Source: an uncultured Christensenellaceae bacterium
GTDB taxonomy: Bacteria > Bacillota > Clostridia > Christensenellales > Borkfalkiaceae
Length of the DNA stretch: 64,000 nt
Assembly (NCBI GenBank): GCA_910586675.1
Contig: CAJUJO010000001.1
Location: 6,377-70,376, forward strand
Reading direction: 5' to 3'
Part shown: in pieces, positions 15,715 to 25,390 of the stretch
How positions within the stretch are numbered: position 1 is the first letter of the stretch
Layout: every line of letters begins with the position of its first letter
Position numbers and translations under genes: made by a program
The notes under the pieces: generated by a model
Told to the model about the DNA's origin: nothing
Databases searched by the model: none
Seen by the model: only the letters and a program-made list of their open reading frames with translations

Positions 15715-17178
15715 CTACGCCATCGGCGCGAACAGTCTGAAAAGGGGGGAGAGCAGCTTTTCCGCGGCGGAAGCCTTTTTCACGGGCGAGCCCGCTTTCC
15801 ATGCGGCGAGGAAATCTTCTTCGAGCGCCTGCGCAAAAGATTCGTCCGAAATCAAAACGCCGCACTCCGCCTGTAAATACATGCTGCGGTAATCGAGATT
15901 GTATGAAGAAACGACGGAAAGACGTCCGTCGCACACGCAGTTTTTGGCGTGCAGAAATCCGTCCGTGTATTCGCGCACCTTTACACCGTGCGTTTCCAGC
16001 TCCCGCGCGTACGAGCGGGTGAGCAGAAACACTGTTTTTTTATCGGGAATATGCGGAATCATAAGCCGCACGTCCGCGCCTGCCGCCGCAGCCGATTGCA
16101 GCGCGCCGAGGAGCGTTCTGTCGAGGGCGAGATAGGGCGTAAAGGCGTAAATTTTTTTCGTTGCCGAGGAAAAAAGACGGCGGTAAACGCGCGCGCCCGT
16201 TCTTCCGTTTTTCCGTTCCCCGCCGTCGCAGAAGGGCGCGCAGGGCACGGCGCCTTCCGTTTTCGGCGCTGTCGAGAGCAGTTCAAAAAGAGCGCTTTCG
16301 TCTTTCGGGAAACGTTTGCTCCAAGATTTTGCAAACAGGCGGCAGAATTGAACTGCGGGTTCGCCCGTCAAGCGAACCGCGGAATCCTTCCAATGCCCGA
16401 AGCGTATCTTTTCCCCGACGTATTCGTCGGCAAGGTTGATTCCGCCCGTGTATGCGATCGCGCCGTCGATCAGCGCGAGCTTGCGGTGGTCGCGCCGATT
16501 GAGCGTGCCGTCGGGCAGAATGCGTACGGGGTGGTAGGAAAAGCATTTTATACCCCGCGCGGCAAGCTCTTTCGGATAATGTCGCGGCAGAGTAAGGCAG
16601 CAGCCGAAGTCGTCGTAGATAAGGCGCACGTCTGTTCCCGCTTTCGCTTTTTCTTCGAGGACGGCGAGCACAGCGTTCCAGAACGCCCCCCGTTCGACGA
16701 TGTAGTAGTCCATCCAGATAAAGCGCTTTGCCTCCGTCAGGTCGGAAAGGAGTTTATCCCGCATGGCGGCGCCGTTCGGGAAATAGTCCGCGGAAGCGGC
16801 GTTTCCGCCCGTAAGTCCGCACAACCGTTCGGCAAGGAGTGCGTATGCACCCATCTCTTCGTCCGCGTGGATTGGCCGTTCGGGCGTATCTCGGGGCAGA
16901 GTTTTGTCCGCCTTGTTCCGCCAAAAAAGGCAGAAGAGCGCGCCCGTCCAAGGCAGGAGAAGGATCAGAATCAGTTTTCCCGCCTTACTTTCGGGCAGCG
17001 CGGCCGAACATGCGACGGTCAATGCGCAAATAAAAGCGAAAACGCGCTCCGCCGCCGCGAGCGCGCCGAATACGCGGGGCAGATAAAAGGCAAGAAAAAC
17101 GCCCGATAGCGCAATGATCGTCGTTATAAAAGCGCACGGGAACAGTCTTCCGCCGAAAAAGTAACGTAGTTTTCGCAT
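15715..17178 (-). CDS. cls: cardiolipin synthase (PLD superfamily)
   Basis: 487 aa with N-terminal TM helices and two HKD motifs (HRKLALIDG and HAKNCVCDG). Confidence 0.9.
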   Translation of the reverse strand: MRKLRYFFGGRLFPCAFITTIIALSGVFLAFYLPRVFGALAAAERVFAFICALTVACSAALPESKAGKLILILLLPWTGALFCLFWRNKADKTLPRDTPERPIHADEEMGAYALLAERLCGLTGGNAASADYFPNGAAMRDKLLSDLTEAKRFIWMDYYIVERGAFWNAVLAVLEEKAKAGTDVRLIYDDFGCCLTLPRHYPKELAARGIKCFSYHPVRILPDGTLNRRDHRKLALIDGAIAYTGGINLADEYVGEKIRFGHWKDSAVRLTGEPAVQFCRLFAKSWSKRFPKDESALFELLSTAPKTEGAVPCAPFCDGGERKNGRTGARVYRRLFSSATKKIYAFTPYLALDRTLLGALQSAAAAGADVRLMIPHIPDKKTVFLLTRSYARELETHGVKVREYTDGFLHAKNCVCDGRLSVVSSYNLDYRSMYLQAECGVLISDESFAQALEEDFLAAWKAGSPVKKASAAEKLLSPLFRLFAPMA

Positions 17179-17220
17179 ATGTATTTTTTCGGCGGGTTTC
17201 CCGCTGTCGCGGGTAATTGA

Positions 17221-18228
17221 TTATACGAGGTCGATGATGTTCAGATCCTCTGCGTTTTTGACGGGCGAGGAAAGCGTTTCCATAAACGCGGCGATATTCT
17301 CCGATGCGTAGCGTTTGGCGGGGAAAATAGAAGTATCCGCCGCCTTGTTGGCGATCAGATTGATGGCGGTAGGAACGTATTCCTCGCCGTCGGTAATGCC
17401 GTAAACGGTGAGCCGCTTTTTGAGCGCGAGGTCGAGATTGACGGAAAGTCCGCGGGAATAGAAACCGCAGAAAACGGCGCTCGCATTGCGCGCGCACACT
17501 TTGAACGGGAGCGTTTTATCGTTCATGTTTGCGGAAACGACGAAGATTGCGCCGTCGCAGAGCCGCCCGCCCGTCAGCTCGCCGACGTTGTCCATCAGCG
17601 TTTCGTCGGCAAAAACGGTATAATATACGCCGTTCGCCCGCGCGAAGTCCAGTCTGTTCTGATGCGTGTCGATAAGAATGGGGGAAGCCTGCTGGTAGAT
17701 AAGGAGCTGGCAGATAATGAGCCCGAGCATGTTTCCTCCCACGACGGCGATATGCTGTCCTTTCTGGGCGCCGAGCGCGTCAACCGTCGCCTTTGCAAGC
17801 GCAACGAGCTCGATAAGAAGCGCGCTCTCGTCGTTTACGGAATCCGGAAGGGCGGTCATTTCGTCGGGGCTTATATAGACGAAATCGCGCAGATACCCCG
17901 CCGCGGTCGCGCCGCGCGTGATGTAGTCGCCTTCGGAAAAATTTTTCTTCTGCGTGCCCGTGTCGGGTGCGGGCAGGAAGGTGTGCAGCATGACGCGGGT
18001 TCCCTTGGGAAACTCGGGGTTGTCGTTTTCTTCCGCGACAATGCCCACGGCGAAGCGCCCCGGGATGAGCGGATAATTCACTTTAATTTCCCCGCCGAGG
18101 ATTTCGGCACCCACGGTGTCGATCAAAACCTTGGTAATGCGGATTTTCAGCTTGCCCTCCTCGGGAGCGGGCATGGGCGCGTCTTCCCGCATGAGGTTGC
18201 CCGCGGCGATCAGTTTCCACACGTTCAT
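17221..18228 (-). CDS. medium-chain dehydrogenase/reductase-like protein lacking the canonical catalytic Zn ligands
   Basis: 335 aa with GroES-like N-terminal and Rossmann-like (VVGGNMLG) layout. The GHE position reads GRF, and there is no Cys/His at the first Zn-ligand position. Confidence 0.65.
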   Translation of the reverse strand: MNVWKLIAAGNLMREDAPMPAPEEGKLKIRITKVLIDTVGAEILGGEIKVNYPLIPGRFAVGIVAEENDNPEFPKGTRVMLHTFLPAPDTGTQKKNFSEGDYITRGATAAGYLRDFVYISPDEMTALPDSVNDESALLIELVALAKATVDALGAQKGQHIAVVGGNMLGLIICQLLIYQQASPILIDTHQNRLDFARANGVYYTVFADETLMDNVGELTGGRLCDGAIFVVSANMNDKTLPFKVCARNASAVFCGFYSRGLSVNLDLALKKRLTVYGITDGEEYVPTAINLIANKAADTSIFPAKRYASENIAAFMETLSSPVKNAEDLNIIDLV

Positions 18229-18387
18229 GAGGAACTCCTTCCAAAATAATGTTATCTTTATTTTTTGATATTATACCGCACAAAAGTGCATTTTGCAAGC
18301 GATTGAGCGGAAAAACCCTTTTTCGGCATTTTGCGCAAAAAATTTTTTTACATTATTATAAGATTTTGCGTTTGCCCTTAAAAACAG

Positions 18388-18416
18388 TTGACGAAAGGGC
18401 GGGAAACGGATATAAT
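18388..18416 (+). promoter_or_regulatory. sigma-70-like promoter for rpmE
   Basis: TTGACG (18388-18393), 17 nt, TATAAT (18411-18416). Confidence 0.6.
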
Positions 18417-18463
18417 GATTTATGTTTTTTCAAAGCGAAGACTAATTTCAGCGAGGTGAGTAT

Positions 18464-18667
18464 ATGAAAGCCGAAATTCATCCCAACTATCACGAGGTTA
18501 CCGTGGTGTGCGCTTGCGGGGAAACTTTCAAAACGGGCACGACGAAGGACGTCGAGGTTCTGAAAGTGGATATCTGCAGCAAGTGCCATCCCTTCTTTAC
18601 GGGAAGACAGAAGCTCGTGGATACCGGCGGACGTGTCGATAAATTCAAGAAAAGATACGGAATTTAA
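18464..18667 (+). CDS. rpmE: 50S ribosomal protein L31 (Cys-containing, Zn-type)
   Basis: [12 protein letters not shown]...[20 protein letters not shown] is diagnostic. Confidence 0.95.
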   Translation: MKAEIHPNYHEVTVVCACGETFKTGTTKDVEVLKVDICSKCHPFFTGRQKLVDTGGRVDKFKKRYGI

Positions 18668-18674
18668 CAAAGCG

Positions 18675-18701
18675 CAGCCTCGGTTCCTCCGGGGCTGTTT
18701 T
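18675..18701 (+). terminator. rho-independent terminator after rpmE
   Basis: 9-bp stem CAGCCTCGG / CCGGGGCTG (one G:U pair), 5-nt loop, TTTT. Confidence 0.6.
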
Positions 18702-18946
18702 GCTAACGATTTTCCAAGCGTTCACGAAACAGCGTTTATGGAACTATGTTGCGAAACGGGGAAGTATCCCGTTCAAGGAAAAATTTCCGATTATCTCAAC
18801 GGGCACAATTTGCCGCATGTTTGCGGCTTGTCTTTGGGAGTTCAAATAACAGGAACAGGGCGGGTTTGAAGAAAAACGCTCGTTCGCATCACGGAAATTC
18901 TATTCTATGAAAAAGATTTTCGTGAACCTAATTCGGCAGGTTGGTA

Positions 18947-20779
18947 ATGAAGAAAAAAACGCAGAGAACTTATATCGGCGGTCAGGCGGTCTTGCAGGGC
19001 GTCATGATGCGCGGAAAAAGGAGCATGGCTACCGCCGTGCGCGATGATAACGGCGTCGTCCAGATGGAGGCGAAGCGCATCACCCCGCCCGAAAAGCGGA
19101 GCGTGTGGTCGCGCCTTCCCTTCGTGCGCGGCATCGTCAATTTCGTTGCCTCTCTTATCGACGGAATGAAGGCTCTTTTGCGCAGTTCCGACGTTGCGAT
19201 TACCGAAGAAGAAGCGCCCTCCAAGCTCTCTAAATGGATGGCTGAAAAGTGGAAAATCAGCGTTTCCGCCGTGCTCACCGCCGCCGCGGCGGTTTTCGGC
19301 GTGCTTTTGGCGCTCGCGCTATTCATGTTCCTGCCGCAGTACGCAACCGATTGGATCGCCAAGCTGTTTCCCGTCGTCGCGCGGGACGGCGAGGGACTTG
19401 CGGGATTGTGGTACAGCCTGATCGAGGGCGGCTTCCGCTTGCTCATCTTCATTCTCTACATTCTGTTCACCCTTATTTTCCGCTCCATTCGGGAGACGTA
19501 CCGTTATCACGGCGCCGAACATAAGACGATCAACTGCTATGAGTACGGTATGCCGCTCACGGTGGAGAACGTGAAAAAGAATTCCCGCCTGCACGACAGG
19601 TGCGGCACGACCTTTCTCTTTATCGTGCTAATCATCTCCATTCTCGTTCTTGCCGTCGTCAACTGGGTTCTCGCGCCCTATATCGCGACACCGTATCCTA
19701 TGCTCAATTCGGCGATTTTGCTCGTCATAAAGCTGTTGCTTCTTCCCGCCGTCGCGGGAATATCTTACGAGCTTTTGAAGCTGTTTTCCCTTTCGCAGTC
19801 GCCGATTTTGCTGCCGTTCAAGGCGCCGGGGTATCTCTTGCAGATGCTCACCACGCGCGAGCCTTCCGACGATATGATAGAGTGCGCGATCGCCGCCTTC
19901 GAGAAGGTGCTTCAAATGGATAAAGATCCCGATGTGCCCGAGATGACGTTTGCGACGGAGACCAAACTGAGCAAATTGCAGGCGATGATGAAGAAGAGCT
20001 TTGCCGAAAAGGAGATCGACGAAGCGGACGCCGAATGGATTTTAAGCTTAGCGCTCAATGTTCCGAGGAGCAAACTTTCCGAGGAAAGGATCGTTACCCG
20101 CAAGGAATGCCGCGCCGTGCTCGACGTATTTGAAGAACGGCTTACGGGCAGACCGCTTTGGTATATCATCGGCGATACGGAATTTTACGGATACAAAATC
20201 AAGGTGGACGAGCGGGTGCTCATTCCCCGCCCGGAAACGGAAATCCTCGTCCGTCAGGTCGTTCCCGCATTGCAGGACGGCGATAAAGTGCTCGACCTGT
20301 GCACGGGCAGCGGTGCGATTGCGGTTGCCGTTGCGTGCGAAGCGGCGAAGGATAAGACCGTTGCGGTAACGGCGGTCGACATTTCCGAGGACGCGCTCGA
20401 AGTTGCGCGGGAAAACGCGCGCGTCAACAAGGCGAACGTCAATTTTATCAAATCCGACTTATTTGAAAACGTGCGGGGCAGGTTCAACGTTATTACCGCC
20501 AATCCTCCTTACGTGAGAAGGCGGGAGATCGACGGGCTACAACGCGAAGTGCGCGATTTCGAGCCGCGCATCGCGCTGGACGGCGGTGAAGACGGGTTGG
20601 ATTTTTACCGCAGGATCGCCGAAAAGTTTTCGCGTTACCTTGTCCGCGGCGGAATGCTCGTCGTGGAATGCGGCGAGGATCAGGCGCAGGAAATCGTGAA
20701 GATTTTTTCCCGCTGCGATTATGCGATGATCGTCAAGGATCTCAACGGCAAAGAACGGTTCGTAAAGATCGTCGTTTGA
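18947..20779 (+). CDS. prmC: fusion protein: DUF1385 (YqhQ-like membrane domain) + release-factor glutamine N5-methyltransferase PrmC
   Basis: The N-terminal ~320 aa has [15 protein letters not shown] and multiple TM helices (DUF1385). The C-terminal ~280 aa has the SAM motif [11 protein letters not shown] and NPPY. ATG at 18947; the ORF track starts two codons earlier at a TTG. Confidence 0.85.
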   Translation: MKKKTQRTYIGGQAVLQGVMMRGKRSMATAVRDDNGVVQMEAKRITPPEKRSVWSRLPFVRGIVNFVASLIDGMKALLRSSDVAITEEEAPSKLSKWMAEKWKISVSAVLTAAAAVFGVLLALALFMFLPQYATDWIAKLFPVVARDGEGLAGLWYSLIEGGFRLLIFILYILFTLIFRSIRETYRYHGAEHKTINCYEYGMPLTVENVKKNSRLHDRCGTTFLFIVLIISILVLAVVNWVLAPYIATPYPMLNSAILLVIKLLLLPAVAGISYELLKLFSLSQSPILLPFKAPGYLLQMLTTREPSDDMIECAIAAFEKVLQMDKDPDVPEMTFATETKLSKLQAMMKKSFAEKEIDEADAEWILSLALNVPRSKLSEERIVTRKECRAVLDVFEERLTGRPLWYIIGDTEFYGYKIKVDERVLIPRPETEILVRQVVPALQDGDKVLDLCTGSGAIAVAVACEAAKDKTVAVTAVDISEDALEVARENARVNKANVNFIKSDLFENVRGRFNVITANPPYVRRREIDGLQREVRDFEPRIALDGGEDGLDFYRRIAEKFSRYLVRGGMLVVECGEDQAQEIVKIFSRCDYAMIVKDLNGKERFVKIVV

Positions 20780-20789
20780 GGTTTGCGCC

Positions 20790-21866
20790 ATGCTGAAAAA
20801 ATTACAGAACATTGCCGCGCGGTACGAGGAGCTCGGCGGGCTGCTCGCCTCGCCCGAAGTCCTCGCCGACATGGACTTATGGAAGAAATATTCCAAGGAG
20901 CGCGCCGAGCTTGCGGAAATCGCCGAAAAATACGGCGAATACCGCGATAAGGAAGCGCAGATGAACGCCGCCTTTGCCGAAGCGGAGCATGAAACGGGGG
21001 AGATGAAAGAGTTTTTGCTGGAAGAGGCGCGCCTTTTAAAGCAGACTCTTTCGGACATTACCGCGCAATTGAAGATCCTGCTTCTCCCCAAGGATAAGAA
21101 CGACGACAGAAACTGCACACTGGAACTGCGCGCGGGCGCGGGCGGCGAGGAAGCCGCGCTCTTCGTCTATTCCCTTTACCGCATGTATATGGGATATTGC
21201 GAGAAGCACCGCCTGCAATGGGAGGTCGTCGACCTCAACGAGACGGAGCTGGGCGGCATGCGCGAAGCGATCGTCAACGTGAGCGGAAAGGGCGCGTACA
21301 AGCTGCTCAAATACGAGAGCGGTGTGCACCGCGTGCAGCGCGTTCCCGAGACGGAATCGCAGGGCAGGATTCACACGTCCACGGCGACGGTCGCCGTCCT
21401 TCCCGAAGCGGAGGACGTCGAGGTGGAAATCGCCGAAAAGGACATCCGCGTCGATTTGTTCCGCTCCTCGGGCGCGGGCGGGCAGAAGGTCAACAAGACG
21501 GAAACGGCGATCCGCATCACGCACTTTCCGACGGGCATCGTCGTAACCTGTCAGGACGAGCGCTCCCAGCTGAAAAACAAGGACAAGGCGTTCCGCGTGC
21601 TACGCACCCGCCTTTACGACTATTATAACGGCAAAGCCGACTCCGAAGAGGCGAGAAACAGAAGGAGCCTCGTCGGAACGGGCGACAGGAGCGAACGCAT
21701 CCGCACTTACAACTTTCCGCAGAGCCGCATTACCGATCACAGGATCGGGTTGAGCCTCTTTTCCATGGAAGCATTCATGGCGGGGGATCTGGACGAGATG
21801 ACGGAAGCGCTCGCCCGCGCGGACAGGGAAGCACAACTTACCGCGGGCACCGCAGAAACGGTTTAA
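20790..21866 (+). CDS. prfA: peptide chain release factor 1
   Basis: 358 aa with the GGQ motif ([20 protein letters not shown]) and the RF-1 N-terminal pattern. Confidence 0.95.
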   Translation: MLKKLQNIAARYEELGGLLASPEVLADMDLWKKYSKERAELAEIAEKYGEYRDKEAQMNAAFAEAEHETGEMKEFLLEEARLLKQTLSDITAQLKILLLPKDKNDDRNCTLELRAGAGGEEAALFVYSLYRMYMGYCEKHRLQWEVVDLNETELGGMREAIVNVSGKGAYKLLKYESGVHRVQRVPETESQGRIHTSTATVAVLPEAEDVEVEIAEKDIRVDLFRSSGAGGQKVNKTETAIRITHFPTGIVVTCQDERSQLKNKDKAFRVLRTRLYDYYNGKADSEEARNRRSLVGTGDRSERIRTYNFPQSRITDHRIGLSLFSMEAFMAGDLDEMTEALARADREAQLTAGTAETV

Positions 21867-21892
21867 TTTTTTAACATACAGGAGAAGCGATC

Positions 21893-23092
21893 ATGAATGA
21901 GAGGCTTGCGCGGAGAATCCGCACCATTTCGCCCTCGCTTACGCTCGCCGTGAGCGCCAAGGCGAAGGCGATGAAAGCCGCAGGCGAGGAAGTCATCAAC
22001 TTCGGCGTGGGGGAACCGGATTTCAACACGCCCGCGCATATCGTAGAGGCGGCGGAGCACGCACTCGAAGCGGGGCACACAAAGTACACGCCCTCTTCCG
22101 GGCTTCTCGAACTGCGCCGCGCCATCTGCGACAAGTTCAAACGCGACAATAATCTGGAATACGAAAGCTCGCAGATCATCGTGAGCAGCGGCGCCAAGCA
22201 CTCCATTTTCAACGTGTGCTTCGCGCTCCTCGACGAGGGCGACGAGGTCATTATTCCCGCGCCCTATTGGCTTACCTATCCCGAAGTGGTAAAGGTGTGC
22301 GGCGGCGTGCCCGTCGTCGTCAAGGCGAAAAAATCCAACGGTTTCAAAATTACGCCCGAGCAGCTCAAAGAGGCCATCACGCCCAAGACCAAGCTGTTCA
22401 TCTTCAATTCGCCGAGCAATCCCACGGGCGCCGTGTATTCGGAAGAGGAAGTGCGCGCGCTTGCGAAGGTGTGCGAGGAAGCGGACATCTTTGTTCTCTC
22501 CGACGAAATTTACGAAAAGCTCGTCTACGGGCAGGTCAAGCCCTTTTCCATGGCGGCTTGCTCGGATAAAATGAAGGAGCTCACCGTAACCGTTAACGGC
22601 GTTTCCAAGACGTACGCCATGACGGGTTGGCGAATCGGCTATCTCGCCGCCCCTAAGGACATTGCCAAGGCGATCGACTCCTTCCAGAGCCATGCGACGA
22701 GCAACGCCAATTCCATCGCGCAGTATGCGACGATCAAGGCGCTCAACTCGCCCGAAGCGGCGGTTGAAGAGATGGTCGCTATCTTCGCAAAGCGCAGGGA
22801 AGCCATGTTAAAACGCATTGCGGAAATGCCCGACGTGTCGTGCGTCGTGCCCGACGGCGCGTTTTACGCCATGCTCGTGGTGCGGAGCGCCTACGGCAAG
22901 CGTTTCGGAAGCAAGCTGATCGACGGCTCCGTGAGCTTTGCCGACTGTCTGCTCGACGCGGCGAAGGTTGCCGTCGTGCCCGGTATATCCTTCGGCGCGG
23001 ACGAATGCATCCGCATTTCCTATTCCCTTTCCATGAGCGATATGCTCGAAGGATTGGATCGCATCGACGCATTTATGCGCAGCCTGAAATAA
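21893..23092 (+). CDS. PLP-dependent aspartate/aromatic aminotransferase (class I)
   Basis: 399 aa with the SKTYAMTGWRIGY PLP-lysine motif and INFGVGEPDF near the N-terminus. Confidence 0.9.
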   Translation: MNERLARRIRTISPSLTLAVSAKAKAMKAAGEEVINFGVGEPDFNTPAHIVEAAEHALEAGHTKYTPSSGLLELRRAICDKFKRDNNLEYESSQIIVSSGAKHSIFNVCFALLDEGDEVIIPAPYWLTYPEVVKVCGGVPVVVKAKKSNGFKITPEQLKEAITPKTKLFIFNSPSNPTGAVYSEEEVRALAKVCEEADIFVLSDEIYEKLVYGQVKPFSMAACSDKMKELTVTVNGVSKTYAMTGWRIGYLAAPKDIAKAIDSFQSHATSNANSIAQYATIKALNSPEAAVEEMVAIFAKRREAMLKRIAEMPDVSCVVPDGAFYAMLVVRSAYGKRFGSKLIDGSVSFADCLLDAAKVAVVPGISFGADECIRISYSLSMSDMLEGLDRIDAFMRSLK

Positions 23093-23118
23093 ATTTTCCG
23101 CGAATTTTCGTAAAACTC

Positions 23119-23147
23119 TTGAAATCTACACAAAAACTTGATAGAAT
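23119..23147 (+). promoter_or_regulatory. sigma-70-like promoter for the small P-loop gene
   Basis: TTGAAA (23119-23124), 17 nt, TAGAAT (23142-23147). Confidence 0.5.
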
Positions 23148-23190
23148 ATAAATACAATAAAGAAGCGCCGCAAGGCGTCAGGAGGACAGC

Positions 23191-23598
23191 ATGATCAAAA
23201 TTATTTGCGGCCCCAAGGGCAGCGGAAAAACCAAGAAGATAATCGACGCGGCGAACGCGGCGGTGGAAACGGCGAAGGGACACCTCATCTTCGTTACCGA
23301 TACCAAGAGATATATGTACGACTTAAAGCGCGAGATCCGTTTTATCGACGTTACCGATTACGCCGTCGCGGGCGAGGAGGCGCTGTGCGGCTTCGTGAAG
23401 GGCGCGATCGCGGGCGGATACGACAACGAATACGTGTTCGTGGACGGCGCGGCGCGCATCGCGGGAAAGAACGTAAAGGATATGTCGGCGTTCTATTACA
23501 TGCTCGACAGAGTTTCCCTTCTCCGCAATCTGCAAATTTACGTAACGTGCAGCTGTGCGGAAGAGGAGCTTCCCGAGTTCGCAAAGAAGTACCTTTGA
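23191..23598 (+). CDS. minimal P-loop NTPase of unknown function
   Basis: 135 aa with Walker A GPKGSGKT at residues 7-14 and a Walker-B-like YVFVDG. It has its own promoter and a weak downstream hairpin. Confidence 0.6.
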   Translation: MIKIICGPKGSGKTKKIIDAANAAVETAKGHLIFVTDTKRYMYDLKREIRFIDVTDYAVAGEEALCGFVKGAIAGGYDNEYVFVDGAARIAGKNVKDMSAFYYMLDRVSLLRNLQIYVTCSCAEEELPEFAKKYL

Positions 23599-23724
23599 TC
23601 GGCGGGAAATTATTTTTGAAAATTTGACCTTTCCGAACCGTCCCTTTTTTGCAAAGGGGCGTTTTCGGATATTTACGGCTTACGGCGCTTTCGCTCATTT
23701 TCGGCGGGCGTGGAAGGAGAAATT

Positions 23725-25215
23725 ATGTATTTTGTCAGCACAAGGGGGAACGAGAGAGTTACGGGCGCGCAGGCGATCGTGCAGGGGCTTGCGAAGGACG
23801 GCGGTCTTTTCGTGCCCGAATTTTTTCCCGCCGTCAAGCAGGACGAGCTTGCGCTCATGCTGGAAATGGACTACCCCGAGCGCGCCGCGCACATTTTGCA
23901 TAAATATCTGGACGAGTACGACAAAGAAGAGCTTCTTTCCGCGCTGAAAAAGGCGTACGCGCAATTTGAAGGGAACGACCCCGCGCCGCTCGTCAAGGTG
24001 GAAAACGGCATGTTTATGCTGGAACTCTTCCACGGCCCCACGTGCGCGTTCAAAGACATGGCGCTCACCGTTCTGCCCTACCTACTGCGCAAGGGGTGCG
24101 ACATCTGCGGAATCAAGGAAGAGATTCTCGTCCTCGTCGCGACGAGCGGCGATACGGGTAAAGCGGCGCTCGAAGGCTTTAAGGACGCGGCGGGCGTCAA
24201 AATCATGGCCTTTTATCCCGAGGACGGCGTTTCCAAAATGCAGAAATTGCAGATGTGCACGCAGGAGGGCGATAACGTTAACGTCGTCGCCGTCAAGGGT
24301 AATTTCGACGACTGTCAGACGGCGGTCAAGCGTATTTTCCATTCGGATCGGTGTAAAGAGGAATTGAAGGAGAAAAACGTGCTTCTCTCCTCGGCGAACT
24401 CCATTAACTTCGGGCGGCTTGCGCCCCAAATCGCCTATTACTTTTCCGCCTATCTCGATTTGGTTTCTTCCGAGCAGATTGCATTGGGAGACAAAGTAGA
24501 TTTTACCGTGCCCACCGGCAACTTCGGCAATATCCTCGCGGCGTACTACGCAAAGCAGATGGGGCTTCCCGTCGGAACGCTCGTTTGCGCTTCCAACAAA
24601 AACAACGTGCTTACCGACTTTATTCAGAGCGGCACGTACGATTGCAAGCGCTCCTTCTATAAGACCATGTCGCCGTCCATGGACATTCTGGTTTCCTCCA
24701 ACCTCGAACGGCTCATTTACGAAATATCGGGGCGCGATGCGGCAATCACCAAGGAGAGAATGGAAAAACTCTCGTCGTCGGGCAGGTACGAAATTACGGC
24801 GGCGGAAGCGCAAAAAATACGCGCTTCCTTCTTTGCGGGCTGCACGAGCGAGGACGACACGGTGGAGTGCATGTACGAATTCTTCACCGAGTACGGTTAT
24901 CCCATGGACACGCATACGGGCGTCGCCATGAACGTCGCCCAAAGGTACGAGGAAAAGCGCGCGGAAGAAAAATGGGAAGAGCGCCCCATGGTTGTAGTTT
25001 CCACCGCAAGCCCGTATAAGTTCCCGCAGGACGTATTGTATGCGCTTACGGGGAACGACGTAAAAGACAGCTTCAAGGGCATAAAGCGCATCAATCTTTT
25101 AACGGCGATGAAGGTGCCCGAGAACTTGAAGGCGCTTCGCTATAAGCCCGTGCGGTTCAAACAGACGGCGCATGCGGACAAGCTGTATCAGGAAGTTCTT
25201 AAATTTATCGGTTAA
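23725..25215 (+). CDS. thrC: threonine synthase (long form)
   Basis: MYFVSTRG start after a GGAGA RBS, with the FHGPTCAFKDMAL PLP-lysine motif. The ORF-track start at 23710 is a GTG five codons upstream. Confidence 0.9.
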   Translation: MYFVSTRGNERVTGAQAIVQGLAKDGGLFVPEFFPAVKQDELALMLEMDYPERAAHILHKYLDEYDKEELLSALKKAYAQFEGNDPAPLVKVENGMFMLELFHGPTCAFKDMALTVLPYLLRKGCDICGIKEEILVLVATSGDTGKAALEGFKDAAGVKIMAFYPEDGVSKMQKLQMCTQEGDNVNVVAVKGNFDDCQTAVKRIFHSDRCKEELKEKNVLLSSANSINFGRLAPQIAYYFSAYLDLVSSEQIALGDKVDFTVPTGNFGNILAAYYAKQMGLPVGTLVCASNKNNVLTDFIQSGTYDCKRSFYKTMSPSMDILVSSNLERLIYEISGRDAAITKERMEKLSSSGRYEITAAEAQKIRASFFAGCTSEDDTVECMYEFFTEYGYPMDTHTGVAMNVAQRYEEKRAEEKWEERPMVVVSTASPYKFPQDVLYALTGNDVKDSFKGIKRINLLTAMKVPENLKALRYKPVRFKQTAHADKLYQEVLKFIG

Positions 25216-25228
25216 AAAATGTGCAGGC

Positions 25229-25255
25229 GGACTTTCTTCGGAAAGTCCTTTTTTT
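25229..25255 (+). terminator. rho-independent terminator after thrC
   Basis: GGACTTTC-TTCG-GAAAGTCC followed by TTTTTTT. Confidence 0.75.
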
Positions 25256-25318
25256 GTGCAAACGGGGTGAAATTTGCTTTAATTTCCCATGAAGCGCGCA
25301 ATACTTTTCGTTTCCGCG

Positions 25319-25347
25319 TTGCAATTTGGAAAATAATGTGGTATAAT
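25319..25347 (+). promoter_or_regulatory. sigma-70-like promoter for trpS
   Basis: TTGCAA (25319-25324), 17 nt, TATAAT (25342-25347). The leader to the ATG is only about 43 nt. Confidence 0.6.
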
Positions 25348-25390
25348 TTGGAATGATACTGATCAATTGAAAGGCTTAGGTTAGAGGATT

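Noticed and set aside
15949-17109. 386-aa plus-strand ORF antisense to cardiolipin synthase.
   Set aside because: The minus frame has two HKD motifs and TM helices. The plus frame is Arg-rich with no motif.
18229-18463. AT-rich 235-bp spacer at a minus-to-plus gene orientation switch, considered as a possible origin.
   Set aside because: It contains a good rpmE promoter but no convincing DnaA boxes (best is GTTTCCACA, 7/9, inside the adjacent CDS). Genes at 116-4606 are again on the plus strand, so the switch is local. GC skew would be needed to decide.
18633-18869. 78-aa ORF downstream of rpmE.
   Set aside because: It starts inside rpmE and reads through the rpmE terminator. It has no RBS and no recognisable motif.
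25216-25390. T-box riboswitch expected upstream of trpS.
   Set aside because: The region is taken up by the thrC terminator and a consensus promoter whose -10 lies only ~43 nt from the ATG. That is too short for a T-box leader (about 200 nt or more), and I saw no specifier or T-box sequence.
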